From Pirellulales bacterium (GTDB lineage Bacteria > Planctomycetota > Planctomycetia > Pirellulales > Lacipirellulaceae): DNA of 64,000 nucleotides. The notes under the pieces are model-generated. The model was not told the DNA's origin. It ran no database searches and saw only the letters and a program-made list of their open reading frames with translations. The stretch covers positions 295-64,294 of the forward strand of contig JADZFK010000045.1 in assembly GCA_020849945.1 (NCBI GenBank), read 5' to 3'. Numbering within the stretch: the first letter of the stretch is position 1; every line of letters starts with the position of its first letter. A program made the position numbers and the translations under genes. Shown one piece after another: positions 1-9,096 of this stretch.

Positions 1-1
1 G

Positions 2-1672
2 CGCAATGCGTCGCGGGCACGCAAGATCCAACACGAGGCCTTGCTGCAGAAGATACGGCGGAACGCCGACAGCCAACTGGGGCGCGATTTCGGCTTCGCT
101 AGCATTCGCTCGGCGGCAGAGTTTCGAGCCCGCGTCCCCATCATGTCGTACGAGGACCATCGACCCTACATCAACCGGGTCTTGCATGGCGACGTAACCG
201 CCCTCTTCGCCCCTGGCACCAAAGTGCTGATGTTCGCCATGACCTCGGGCACGACGGGCGACCCCAAGCGGTTACCGATGACCGAGGAACTGTTCCGCGA
301 ATACCGCCGCGGGTGGCAACTGTGGGGAGGCGGCGTGTATGGCGATTACCCAAGGCTGCTCTACAAAAAAACCCTGCAGCTCACCAGCGATTGGCAACAA
401 CTCAAGGCGCCCTGCGGCATCCCGTGCGGCCAAATCAGCGGTCTGGCGGCGACCACCCGGCCCGCCATCGCCGACATCATGTTCCTTCCGCCATCGGCCA
501 CCATCCGCATTCACGACTCGGCCGCCAAACACTACGCCGCGCTGAGGTTCTCGCTCGCCTCGCGTAACATCGGCATGATCGTAACGGCCAACCCCAGTTC
601 GCTGGTCGAATTCGCACGACGGGCCGATTCCCAGCGGGAAGCACTCATCCGCGATATTTTCGATGGCACACTGAGCTGCGAAATCCCGGTCGACGTACGC
701 GCTACGCTCGCGCGGCGGATCGCCAAGCGTTCGCCCCGCCGTGCTCGCCAGTTGGAACGGCTCGTCGAAACACATGGCACCTTGCTGCCGAGGCACGTTT
801 GGCCAAAACTCTCGATGCTGGCCACCTGGACTGGCGGCTCCATCGGCATTTTCCTGCCCCGGCTCGCCGAACTCTATGGCCAAACGGCTGTTCGCGATCA
901 TGGCCTCTCCGCCAGCGAAGGACGCATGACCATCCCGCTGGCCGATGGCACCCCCGCCGGCATGCTCGATTATTGCCATCACTATTTCGAGTTCATCCCG
1001 GTTGAAGAGTACGGCAGCCACTCGCCGACCGTGCTGGAAGGGCACGAACTCGAATTGGGCCGCGATTACTTCATCCTCCTCACAACGTCGGGCGGCCTCT
1101 ATCGATACGATATCCACGATGCCGTCCGCTGCGTCGGATTCCAGGGGCAAGCACCCGTCCTCGAGTTCCTCAACAAAGGCAAGAACTTCTCGAACCTTAC
1201 AGGTGAGAAACTGAGCGAGAACCAGGTCATCCGAGCGGTCGAACGAAGCATTGCCGAACTCGGCCTGACGGTCGACTTCTTCACCCTTGCACCTGTGATG
1301 GAGGATCGGCCACGGTACGTGCTCCTTGTGGAGCGCAGCCTGCACCGTGGCCGTGCTGCTGAACTGGCGGCCTCCGTTCAAAAAAATCTGGTACAACTGA
1401 ACGAAGAGTACCAGGAGAAGTGTGCGAGTGGGCGTTTGCTTCCCGTGCAAGTTCGCGAAGTGTCGCCAGGCACCTGGGCGCGAATGCGGGCGGAAAAGAC
1501 AGATCAACGCGGCAACTTCGAAGAATACAAGCACATCTGCCTCGTGCAAGATTTGACCTTTGCCGCCCAATTGCACGCTACCCAGCCGACCGCCGAACCA
1601 GATCGTCCTTGCCTCGCCCCCCCGCTCAGTAACCACGCTTTCTTTCCCGGTCAGAATTTTCAAGCCCATTGA
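2..1672 (+). CDS. GH3-family acyl-acid amido synthetase-like adenylating enzyme (5' end cut by window edge)
   Basis: Frame is open from nt 2 (RNASRARKIQHEALLQKIRRNADSQ...), so the listed TTG at 41 is probably internal. It has the GH3-type nucleotide motif MTSGTTGDPKRLP and a typical ~550 aa size. Confidence 0.8.
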   Translation, partial: RNASRARKIQHEALLQKIRRNADSQLGRDFGFASIRSAAEFRARVPIMSYEDHRPYINRVLHGDVTALFAPGTKVLMFAMTSGTTGDPKRLPMTEELFREYRRGWQLWGGGVYGDYPRLLYKKTLQLTSDWQQLKAPCGIPCGQISGLAATTRPAIADIMFLPPSATIRIHDSAAKHYAALRFSLASRNIGMIVTANPSSLVEFARRADSQREALIRDIFDGTLSCEIPVDVRATLARRIAKRSPRRARQLERLVETHGTLLPRHVWPKLSMLATWTGGSIGIFLPRLAELYGQTAVRDHGLSASEGRMTIPLADGTPAGMLDYCHHYFEFIPVEEYGSHSPTVLEGHELELGRDYFILLTTSGGLYRYDIHDAVRCVGFQGQAPVLEFLNKGKNFSNLTGEKLSENQVIRAVERSIAELGLTVDFFTLAPVMEDRPRYVLLVERSLHRGRAAELAASVQKNLVQLNEEYQEKCASGRLLPVQVREVSPGTWARMRAEKTDQRGNFEEYKHICLVQDLTFAAQLHATQPTAEPDRPCLAPPLSNHAFFPGQNFQAH

Positions 1673-1720
1673 TTTTCTCGCTGCGGTGACCTCGCACACA
1701 GCTCGCATCGCTATCCACCC

Positions 1721-2749
1721 ATGTCGGCTCCCAACCTTCTCATCACCGGAGCTACGGGCCTCGTCGGCCGCAATTTGGCGCGCCGCGCGGCCGATGCGGG
1801 TTACCACGTTCTGGCAATGGTGCGAAAAGGCTCCGATCGCTCGGCCTTGGCGGATGCCGCGGTGAGTTACGTCGAGGCGGACCTTTCGGCCCCGGAAACA
1901 CTGCCGCACGCGGTGGCCGAGGCCGATTACGTTGTCCACGCCGCGGCCCACCTGGGTGATTGGGGCCCTCCGGAAAAGTACCGCGCCATCAATGTTGTCG
2001 CGCTCGAACACCTGCTCAACGCCGCGGTGCGCGCGGGCCGCCTCAAACGCTGGATTCACCTCAGCTCGCAAGGCGTTTACCCGGCCCGTCACCATTTCGG
2101 CACCGACGAAACCACTCCCCCAGAAACCAACAATATCGACGGCTACACCCAAACCAAAGCCGAGTCGGAACTCGTCGTCGAGCGGTTTGTGCGCGAGCAC
2201 GGCCTTTCCGCCGTCATTCTTCGCCCCGGCTTCACCTATGGGCCTGGCGAACGAAACGCTCTCAAGCGGGTTGTCGAAAAACTTCAGGCCGGTGAAATGA
2301 AAATCATCGGCCGTGGCGATCGGCTCCTTAACAACACCTCGGTTCACAACTTGTGCGACGCCATCCTGCTCGCACTCGAAAAGCCAGGCATCGACGGCGA
2401 AGTGTTCAACATCCGAGATGAGCGATTGGTGACCCGCGAAGAATTTGTCCACACGATCGCCGATTATTTGGGTGTGCCCCACCCTCGCCACGTGCCCGAG
2501 CGGCTCGTCAAAGCGGTTGTTGGGCCGGTCGAAGCGCTTGCGCGATTCCTCGGTCGCGAATCGGCCCCCATCATCACCCGCGGACAAATCAAGTTCCTTA
2601 CCCAGAACCTCGACTATTCCATCGAAAAGGCGAAACGTGTGCTGGGATATCGGCCCCGTGTCGATTTCCAGCAAGGCATTATCGAGGCACTCGATTCTCT
2701 CACCGGCAAGAACGTCGCCCCGCGTACACCGGCCCCGGCGGCCTCGTAA
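1721..2749 (+). CDS. NAD-dependent epimerase/dehydratase (extended SDR) family protein
   Basis: N-terminal Rossmann motif LITGATGLVGRNLARR, 342 aa, 48 nt downstream of the GH3 gene. Confidence 0.85.
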   Translation: MSAPNLLITGATGLVGRNLARRAADAGYHVLAMVRKGSDRSALADAAVSYVEADLSAPETLPHAVAEADYVVHAAAHLGDWGPPEKYRAINVVALEHLLNAAVRAGRLKRWIHLSSQGVYPARHHFGTDETTPPETNNIDGYTQTKAESELVVERFVREHGLSAVILRPGFTYGPGERNALKRVVEKLQAGEMKIIGRGDRLLNNTSVHNLCDAILLALEKPGIDGEVFNIRDERLVTREEFVHTIADYLGVPHPRHVPERLVKAVVGPVEALARFLGRESAPIITRGQIKFLTQNLDYSIEKAKRVLGYRPRVDFQQGIIEALDSLTGKNVAPRTPAPAAS

Positions 2750-2761
2750 CGAGGAATCGCC

Positions 2762-3946
2762 ATGCGTATCCGCCGACTCTCGGCTTTCGTGGCTCGGCTC
2801 CCGTTGAAGCGGCCCTTTCGCCACGCCTCGGCCACTCGCCTCGAAAGCGAAAACATCCTTATCAAGTGCGAGCTGGCCAGTGGCATCATCGGGTGGGGAG
2901 AAGGCGTGCCTCGCAGCTACGTGACCGGCGAAACACCTGCCGGATGCCTCGCCCAGTTGGCCGCCACCCCCGTCGCCGAGCAACTTACGGCCGATTGCTC
3001 TTCCTGGCCCGAGGTCATCGCATTGTGCGAACGGTTTCAGCCCATGCAAGACCGCGACGACCCCCGCGGCTGCTACGGCAACGCCCTGCGCTGCGCCGTC
3101 GAACTTAGCGTGTTGGATGCCTTCGGAAGACTCTTTGGCGAACCCGTTTCCGCCGTGTCGTCTCATGTACCCGAAGCCCAGCCGATTCTCGCTCACCCGC
3201 AACCTACCTTCGTGCGTTACGGAGTCGTGATCGACTCGGGCAACAGGCGGCTAAGGCTCAAGGCCCTCACGCGCAGGCTTTACGGCTTTCGCGATTGCAA
3301 AGTGAAAGTCGGCGCTGCTGAAGACGATGATCGGGCTCGCCTTCGCACGATCCGCCGATGGTTCGGCCCCGCCGTCGATCTGCGGATCGACGCGAACGAA
3401 GCCTGGCGGGCCGATCGGTTGCAGCAACATCTGAATCCGCTGCTCGCGCAGCGAATCAGTTGCGTGGAGCAACCGGTTCCCCATGCCGAAGTCGCTTGCC
3501 TTGCCGAGTTACGCCCGAAGCTGGGCGTACCCATCATGCTCGACGAATCGCTCACAAGCGAGACCGATGCCCGCGAGGCCATCGCCCACCGCACGTGTGA
3601 CCTGTTCAACCTTCGGCTTTCCAAGTGCGGCGGTTTTCTACGCTGCCTGCGACTTGCCGCCCTGGCCAACCATGCCAAACTGGGCTATCAACTTGGGTGC
3701 CATCCTGGTGAAAGCGGAATCCTCTCCGCCGCCGGCAGACACTGGGCCTGTTCCGTGGCCAACATTCGCTACCTCGAAGGTTCCTACGACCGGCACTTGT
3801 TCCGCAAGTTACTTACGAACGAAGACGCGACCTTCGGCTTCGGCGGCCGCGCCCCGAGCCTCCACCAACCCGGGTTGGGCGTGAGCATCAACTTGGCCAC
3901 CCTCGAACAAACGACGCAAGACCATCTGGTCTGCAAGGTGCTGTAA
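2762..3946 (+). CDS. Enolase-superfamily enzyme, MLE/racemase subgroup (dipeptide epimerase / N-acylamino-acid racemase-like)
   Basis: KxK motif (DCKVKVG), putative metal ligands in DLRIDANEAW, VEQPV and IMLDES, and a second catalytic Lys in LSKCGG. It lies 12 nt after the SDR gene. Confidence 0.8.
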   Translation: MRIRRLSAFVARLPLKRPFRHASATRLESENILIKCELASGIIGWGEGVPRSYVTGETPAGCLAQLAATPVAEQLTADCSSWPEVIALCERFQPMQDRDDPRGCYGNALRCAVELSVLDAFGRLFGEPVSAVSSHVPEAQPILAHPQPTFVRYGVVIDSGNRRLRLKALTRRLYGFRDCKVKVGAAEDDDRARLRTIRRWFGPAVDLRIDANEAWRADRLQQHLNPLLAQRISCVEQPVPHAEVACLAELRPKLGVPIMLDESLTSETDAREAIAHRTCDLFNLRLSKCGGFLRCLRLAALANHAKLGYQLGCHPGESGILSAAGRHWACSVANIRYLEGSYDRHLFRKLLTNEDATFGFGGRAPSLHQPGLGVSINLATLEQTTQDHLVCKVL

Positions 3947-3971
3947 GAACGCGTTTGGAAACTGCCTTCGA

Positions 3972-3992
3972 CCCTCTCTCACGGGGAGAGGG
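3972..3992 (+). terminator. GC-rich stem-loop 26 nt after the enolase-family stop
   Basis: CCCTCTC / GAGAGGG 7 bp stem with a 7 nt loop; no clear U-tract. Confidence 0.35.
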
Positions 3993-4002
3993 TGGATTTA
4001 AT

Positions 4003-4185
4003 CCGGATTTCTCACCACGGAGCACACAGAGGTCACGGAGGACAAGCCAAGAGATCGTTTGAAGCAAGGTCAAGCGCCCGTACCTACGAGACAGGGTGTT
4101 TCCGCCGTTCATTGGGGTAGGGGTACTTGCTACTGGTTTTCTCCGTGGCTCCGTGCCTCCGTGGTTTTGATTGTGAGAATTGGGG
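4003..4185 (+). repeat. ~183 bp MITE-like palindromic element, copy 1 (CACGGAG-type arms)
   Basis: Left end CCGGATTTCTCACCACGGAGCACACAGAGGTCACGG pairs with right end CCGTGGCTCCGTGCCTCCGTGG..TGTGAGAA. It is near-identical to 25704-25888. Confidence 0.85.
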
Positions 4186-5337
4186 ATTAATCCCTTTCGT
4201 GCCTTCGCTGGGGGGCCGTGTTCCGCTTCGCGTTGCGGCTAAACGGGTTTTTGCGCGTATTGCAACGGGTGCGGAAACGTGTTTTTGGATGCAATAATCG
4301 GCGCTATTTGCGACGGGTGCCGGCGTTTCCGCCGGAAAACGAAGCGTTTCCCGGGGAGGGGGTGTTGCAATAATCGTCGATTTTGCTCTTGTTCGCGCGA
4401 TTATTGTGCGAGGGGTGGGGAAAGCAAGAATCGGCGGCGGCATGGCGCGGAGCGGTGGCGGGGCCAACGCGAGGAATCAGGCGTGGGGTTGCCGTGCGAA
4501 ATGATCGAATTGTCAAAGAGCGGAGGGTCGCTGGTGAGACGTGGGGGGCATCTTAGCAGGATACGGAACAAGATTCCACTAGAATTATTGGCCACTTGGA
4601 GTTGTGAGTTGCGAGGGGTGAAGGGGTGAAGGGGGGCAGTGGGGCAGTGGGTAGAACTCGCTCCGGCGGGCCAAGTGGTTTGACAACTTTTATGGCTTGG
4701 GTTCAGCTCGACGCAACTCAATTGCTGCAAAGGGTTTGTGTCGAATTGAACCCAAGCAATGAGTGTGGACAAAGCACTCGTGTGCCCATTTAGGCCTCGA
4801 ACTGCTAGAGGCATCGCGTCACAATGGTGTCTCGATTTGCCCGATCATGGACAATGGCGCGGCGATGGTACCATCCTCGAGCGTTCGGCACCGTGACAAG
4901 GGCACAATATGGCTCGGCGCAGTGAGTAACGAATCCTTCCAACTACCTACAATACCAACCGCATATCGCTCCGTTTCAAGACGCCATCGAGGCAATCTGA
5001 GGCACCGCCCAGTTGACCGCGAGAAGCTTGGGCGGTGCTTCGCTCTGGCTTGGCCCCCCCGTTGATAGCCTTGTATCTAAAGGCACAGCACGAATATCCT
5101 GAGAACACATATGTGGAATCTGGATCGCACTCGTGCTAGCAAGAAGTGGGCAATTGCCGTCTGAGCGGCAAGGCTTAGGCGATCCTACGTTCGGCTTGCA
5201 GGCTTTGCGTATTCTTCGTAATTTTCCAGATGGATGTGGGTAGCTTTGTAGGCAGTTGGTTTTATTGCAGCATTCGAGGCGGAAAGTACTTTTCGTTGGC
5301 AAGGTTTCAAGAACTGAAGAATTAGGGAGCAAGACGC

Positions 5338-8300
5338 GTGGCGAATCGGGCGTTTATCACAGTAGACGGTAATGAAGCGGCGGCCTCGGTGGCCCATCTC
5401 ACCAATGAAGTGATCGCGATTTATCCGATCACGCCGGCCTCGAACATGGGCGAACTCGCCGACTATTGGACGAGTCGCGGTCAAACGAACATCTTCGGCA
5501 GCGTGCCGGAAGTGATCGAAATGCAGAGCGAAGCCGGCGCGGCGGCCAGCGCACACGGCGCCCTGCAAGCCGGTTCGTTGACGACGACCTTCACGGCTTC
5601 TCAGGGTTTGTTGTTGATGATCCCCGAGATGTTCAAGATTGCTGGCGAACTGACGCCGACGGTCTTTCACATAGCGGCCCGCGCGGTTGCCACGCACGCG
5701 CTTTCGATTTTTGGCGATCACAGCGACGTGATGGCTTGCCGCAGCACGGGTTGGGCCATGCTGGCGGCGAATAGTGTGGAAGAAGCCCAAGATATTGCCC
5801 TGATTGCGCAGGCCGCAACGCTGCGTGCCCGGGTTCCGTTCCTGCATTTCTTCGATGGCTTCCGCACGTCGCACGAAGTTAACAAGATCGAGCAGCTCAC
5901 GCACGACGACATCCGCTGGATGATCGACGAATCGCTTGTGCAGGAGCATCGCGAACGGGCCCTTTCGCCCGATAACCCCGTGCTGCGAGGCTCGGCGCAA
6001 AACCCCGACGTTTTCTTCCAGGCTCGCGAGGCATCGAACCCCTTCTATCTTGCCGTGCCTGGCATCGTCCAAGAAACGATGGACCGCTTTGCCGAACGCA
6101 TTGGGCGACAGTATCGCTTGTTCGAGTATTTCGGCTCGCCCAGCGCGCGGCGTGTATTGGTGATGATGGGTTCGGGCATCGGTGCGGCGGAAGAGGCGAT
6201 CGAACGGCTCATGGCCGAAGGCGAGGAAGTTGGCCTTTTGAAGGTGAGGCTTTATCGCCCCTTCGCTACCGAGGCGTTTTTGGCGGCGTTGCCCGCCACG
6301 GTCGAGCGCATGGCCGTGCTGGACCGCACGAAGGAACCCGGCGCCATTGGCGAGCCGCTTTACCTGGATGTGGTAACGGCCCTGGCCGAAGGGGACTTCG
6401 GGGGATCGGTTTCCGCGGAATCGCGTCCCGCTTGCAGGCCCGAGGTTTACGGTGGCCGCTACGGGTTGGCCTCCAAGGAGTTTACGCCGGCCATGGTGGC
6501 GGCCGTTTTCGATCATCTCAAAGAACCGCAACCCAAGCGCCATTTTACAGTTGGCATTTACGACGATGTCACCAACCTCAGCCTGAAGTGGGATCCCTCC
6601 TTCACCACCGAGCGCGGCGATGTTACCCGGGCCATCTTCTTCGGACTCGGCAGCGACGGCACGGTTGGCGCGAACAAGAACTCGGTCAAGATCATCGGCG
6701 AGAACACGCCGTTGTTTGCCCAGGGCTACTTCGTGTACGACTCGAAGAAGAGCGGGGCCGTTACCGTTTCGCACTTGCGATTTAGCCCGCGGCCGATTCG
6801 TTCGACATACCTTATCGAGGAGGCCAATTTCGTCGCTTGTCATCAATTCCACTTGATTGAAACGCTCGACGTACTGAAGGTGGCGGCCCGCGGCGGCACG
6901 TTCCTGCTCAACAGTCCGTACGCGGCCGACCAGGTGTGGCAACATCTGCCGAGCCAGGTGAAGCGGCAGATCGTTGAGAAGCAGTTGAAGTTCTATGTTG
7001 TCGATGGCCACGGCGTGGCCCGCGAAACGGGCATGGGCGGACGCATCAACACCGCCATGCAAGCCTGTTTCTTTGCCCTGGCGGGCATGCTTCCGCGCGA
7101 TGCGGCCATCGAAGAGATCAAGAATGCGATCCGGAAAACCTACGGCAAACGAGGCCAATCCATCCTCGATCAGAACTTTTCCGCCATCGATCTCGCGCTC
7201 GAACGGCTTCAGGAAGTGAACGTACCGGCCGGTGCCCATGCGATGGAGGAGGGAGGCACGAACGGTTTTGTTTCGTTCCAAACGAACGACGACTTCGTCC
7301 AGCGTGTCACGGCCGCCATTTTTGCTGGCCGCGGCGATCTCCTTCCCGTTAGTGCCATGAATGTCGATGGCACGTTCCCCACGGGTACCGCCAAGTACGA
7401 AAAGCGAAGTATTGCGAACGAGATTCCGATCTGGGACCCGTCCATCTGCATCGATTGCGGTTTGTGCGCGCTCGTGTGTCCGCACTCGGCCATCCGCATG
7501 AAGGCCTTCCCCGACTCGGCGTTGGCGGGCAAGCCGGGCGGATATCAATCGAAGACGTGGAAGGATAAGGATCACGCCGATTACCTGCTGACGATCCAGG
7601 TTGCCCCCGACGACTGCACGGGTTGCGGCGTGTGCGTGGACGTGTGCCCCGCCAAGAGCAAGGAAGCGGTCAAGCATAAGGCGATCAACATGGAGCCGAA
7701 GCTCGACCATTTGAACCGCGAGCGCGAAAACTTCGACTTCTTCCTCAAGATTCCCGAGTTCGATCGCACGCGGGCCAAGGTCGATGTTGTGAAGGGTTGC
7801 CAATTGCTCGAACCCCTGTTCGAGTTCAGTGGCGCCTGCTTGGGCTGCGGCGAAACGCCCTATCTCAAACTCATGAGCCAGTTGTTCGGCGACCGCGCGA
7901 TCGTGGCGAACGCCACCGGCTGCTCCTCCATTTATGGCGGCAACCTGCCCACGACTCCTTGGACGAAAGACAAGAACGGCCGCGGCCCCGCCTGGTGCAA
8001 TTCGCTTTTCGAGGATAATGCGGAGTTCGGCCTTGGCATTCGCCTTGCGGCCGATCAACAGCGCGATTACGCCACCGTGCTGCTAAAGCAATTCGCCGAT
8101 CGATTGGGTGAAATCTTCGTTAGCGAACTGATCGAGTCGAACGAAACAGACGAGGTTTCGATCGCCGCGCAGCGTGATCGGGTAGCCCGGCTGAAGCGAA
8201 AGCTTGCCGAGTTCAACGAGCCGAAGGCCCGCGAACTGGCCAGCGTGGCCGATGCGCTGGTTCGACGGAGTGTTTGGATTGTTGGTGGTGATGGTTGGGC

Positions 8301-8943
8301 GTATGACATCGGTTTCGGCGGCCTTGACCACGTGCTCACCACGAACCGCGACGTGAACATCCTCGTTCTGGATACGGGCGTGTACTCGAACACGGGCGGC
8401 CAGGCCTCGAAAGCGACTCCCCGCGCCGCCGTCGCCAAGTTCGCCGCCAACGGCAAGGCCATTCGCAAGAAGGACCTCGGCATGCTTGCGGTCGCCTACG
8501 GAAATGTTTACGTTGCTCAAATTGCCGTGGGCGCGAATCCCAACCAAACCTTGCAGGCCATGCTCGATGCCGAATCGTACCGTGGCCCCTCGCTCGTGCT
8601 GGCCTACAGCCAGTGCATCGCGCACGGCATCAACATGACCCGCGGCATGACGCACCAAAAAACGATCGTGCAAACAGGCCTTTGGCCTTTGTTCCGGTAC
8701 GATCCGCGGCTTGCTGTTGCCGGCGAGCGGCCATTCCGCCTCGATAGCCGCAAGCCAACCCTTCGCTTCAAGGAACTGGCCGAGCAGGAAGGGCGTTTTG
8801 CCATGATTGCTCGAAGCGATCCGAAGAACGCCGAGCGATTATTCGCAATGGCCCAGAAGGACATCGACGACCAGTGGCATTACTACGAGCAAATGGCGGG
8901 CGTCGAACGCGAGATCGAGTGGAGCGGCGCGAAAGACGAGTAG
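5338..8943 (+). CDS. nifJ: Pyruvate:ferredoxin (flavodoxin) oxidoreductase, single-polypeptide type
   Basis: 1201 aa. Contains TVDGNEAAA..YPITPAS, two 4Fe-4S motifs (CIDCGLCALVCP, CTGCGVCVDVCP) and the TPP motif GGDGWAYDIGFGGLDH. GTG start. Confidence 0.95.
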   Translation: MANRAFITVDGNEAAASVAHLTNEVIAIYPITPASNMGELADYWTSRGQTNIFGSVPEVIEMQSEAGAAASAHGALQAGSLTTTFTASQGLLLMIPEMFKIAGELTPTVFHIAARAVATHALSIFGDHSDVMACRSTGWAMLAANSVEEAQDIALIAQAATLRARVPFLHFFDGFRTSHEVNKIEQLTHDDIRWMIDESLVQEHRERALSPDNPVLRGSAQNPDVFFQAREASNPFYLAVPGIVQETMDRFAERIGRQYRLFEYFGSPSARRVLVMMGSGIGAAEEAIERLMAEGEEVGLLKVRLYRPFATEAFLAALPATVERMAVLDRTKEPGAIGEPLYLDVVTALAEGDFGGSVSAESRPACRPEVYGGRYGLASKEFTPAMVAAVFDHLKEPQPKRHFTVGIYDDVTNLSLKWDPSFTTERGDVTRAIFFGLGSDGTVGANKNSVKIIGENTPLFAQGYFVYDSKKSGAVTVSHLRFSPRPIRSTYLIEEANFVACHQFHLIETLDVLKVAARGGTFLLNSPYAADQVWQHLPSQVKRQIVEKQLKFYVVDGHGVARETGMGGRINTAMQACFFALAGMLPRDAAIEEIKNAIRKTYGKRGQSILDQNFSAIDLALERLQEVNVPAGAHAMEEGGTNGFVSFQTNDDFVQRVTAAIFAGRGDLLPVSAMNVDGTFPTGTAKYEKRSIANEIPIWDPSICIDCGLCALVCPHSAIRMKAFPDSALAGKPGGYQSKTWKDKDHADYLLTIQVAPDDCTGCGVCVDVCPAKSKEAVKHKAINMEPKLDHLNRERENFDFFLKIPEFDRTRAKVDVVKGCQLLEPLFEFSGACLGCGETPYLKLMSQLFGDRAIVANATGCSSIYGGNLPTTPWTKDKNGRGPAWCNSLFEDNAEFGLGIRLAADQQRDYATVLLKQFADRLGEIFVSELIESNETDEVSIAAQRDRVARLKRKLAEFNEPKARELASVADALVRRSVWIVGGDGWAYDIGFGGLDHVLTTNRDVNILVLDTGVYSNTGGQASKATPRAAVAKFAANGKAIRKKDLGMLAVAYGNVYVAQIAVGANPNQTLQAMLDAESYRGPSLVLAYSQCIAHGINMTRGMTHQKTIVQTGLWPLFRYDPRLAVAGERPFRLDSRKPTLRFKELAEQEGRFAMIARSDPKNAERLFAMAQKDIDDQWHYYEQMAGVEREIEWSGAKDE

Positions 8944-9096
8944 TCGAATAGCTCGTGCGCTTTTCGCAAGGAAGCAACGAAGTTAATCGGCAAAATGGCC
9001 ATATCGGTATCCAGATAAGCAAGTGAGTAGGTGAAGGCGGAGTTCGGAAGGGCTGTGTGGCTCTAGAACTCTTGCCCCATGAGGGAGCCAATTAGA

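Noticed and set aside
272-3202. 976 aa minus-strand ORF; similarly 5185-8058 (957 aa), 32139-33326, 20560-21594, 50976-51935 and 57059-58360 on the strands opposite strongly supported genes
   Set aside because: They are antisense to genes with clear family motifs. Their composition is Arg/Gly/Ala-rich and low-complexity, typical of stop-poor antisense frames in GC-rich DNA, and they carry no recognisable motifs.
4084-5065. Short ORFs (4084-4467, 4401-4814, 4763-5065) in the long non-coding region
   Set aside because: They are Pro/Arg/Ser-rich low-complexity translations that overlap one another on both strands, with no motifs.
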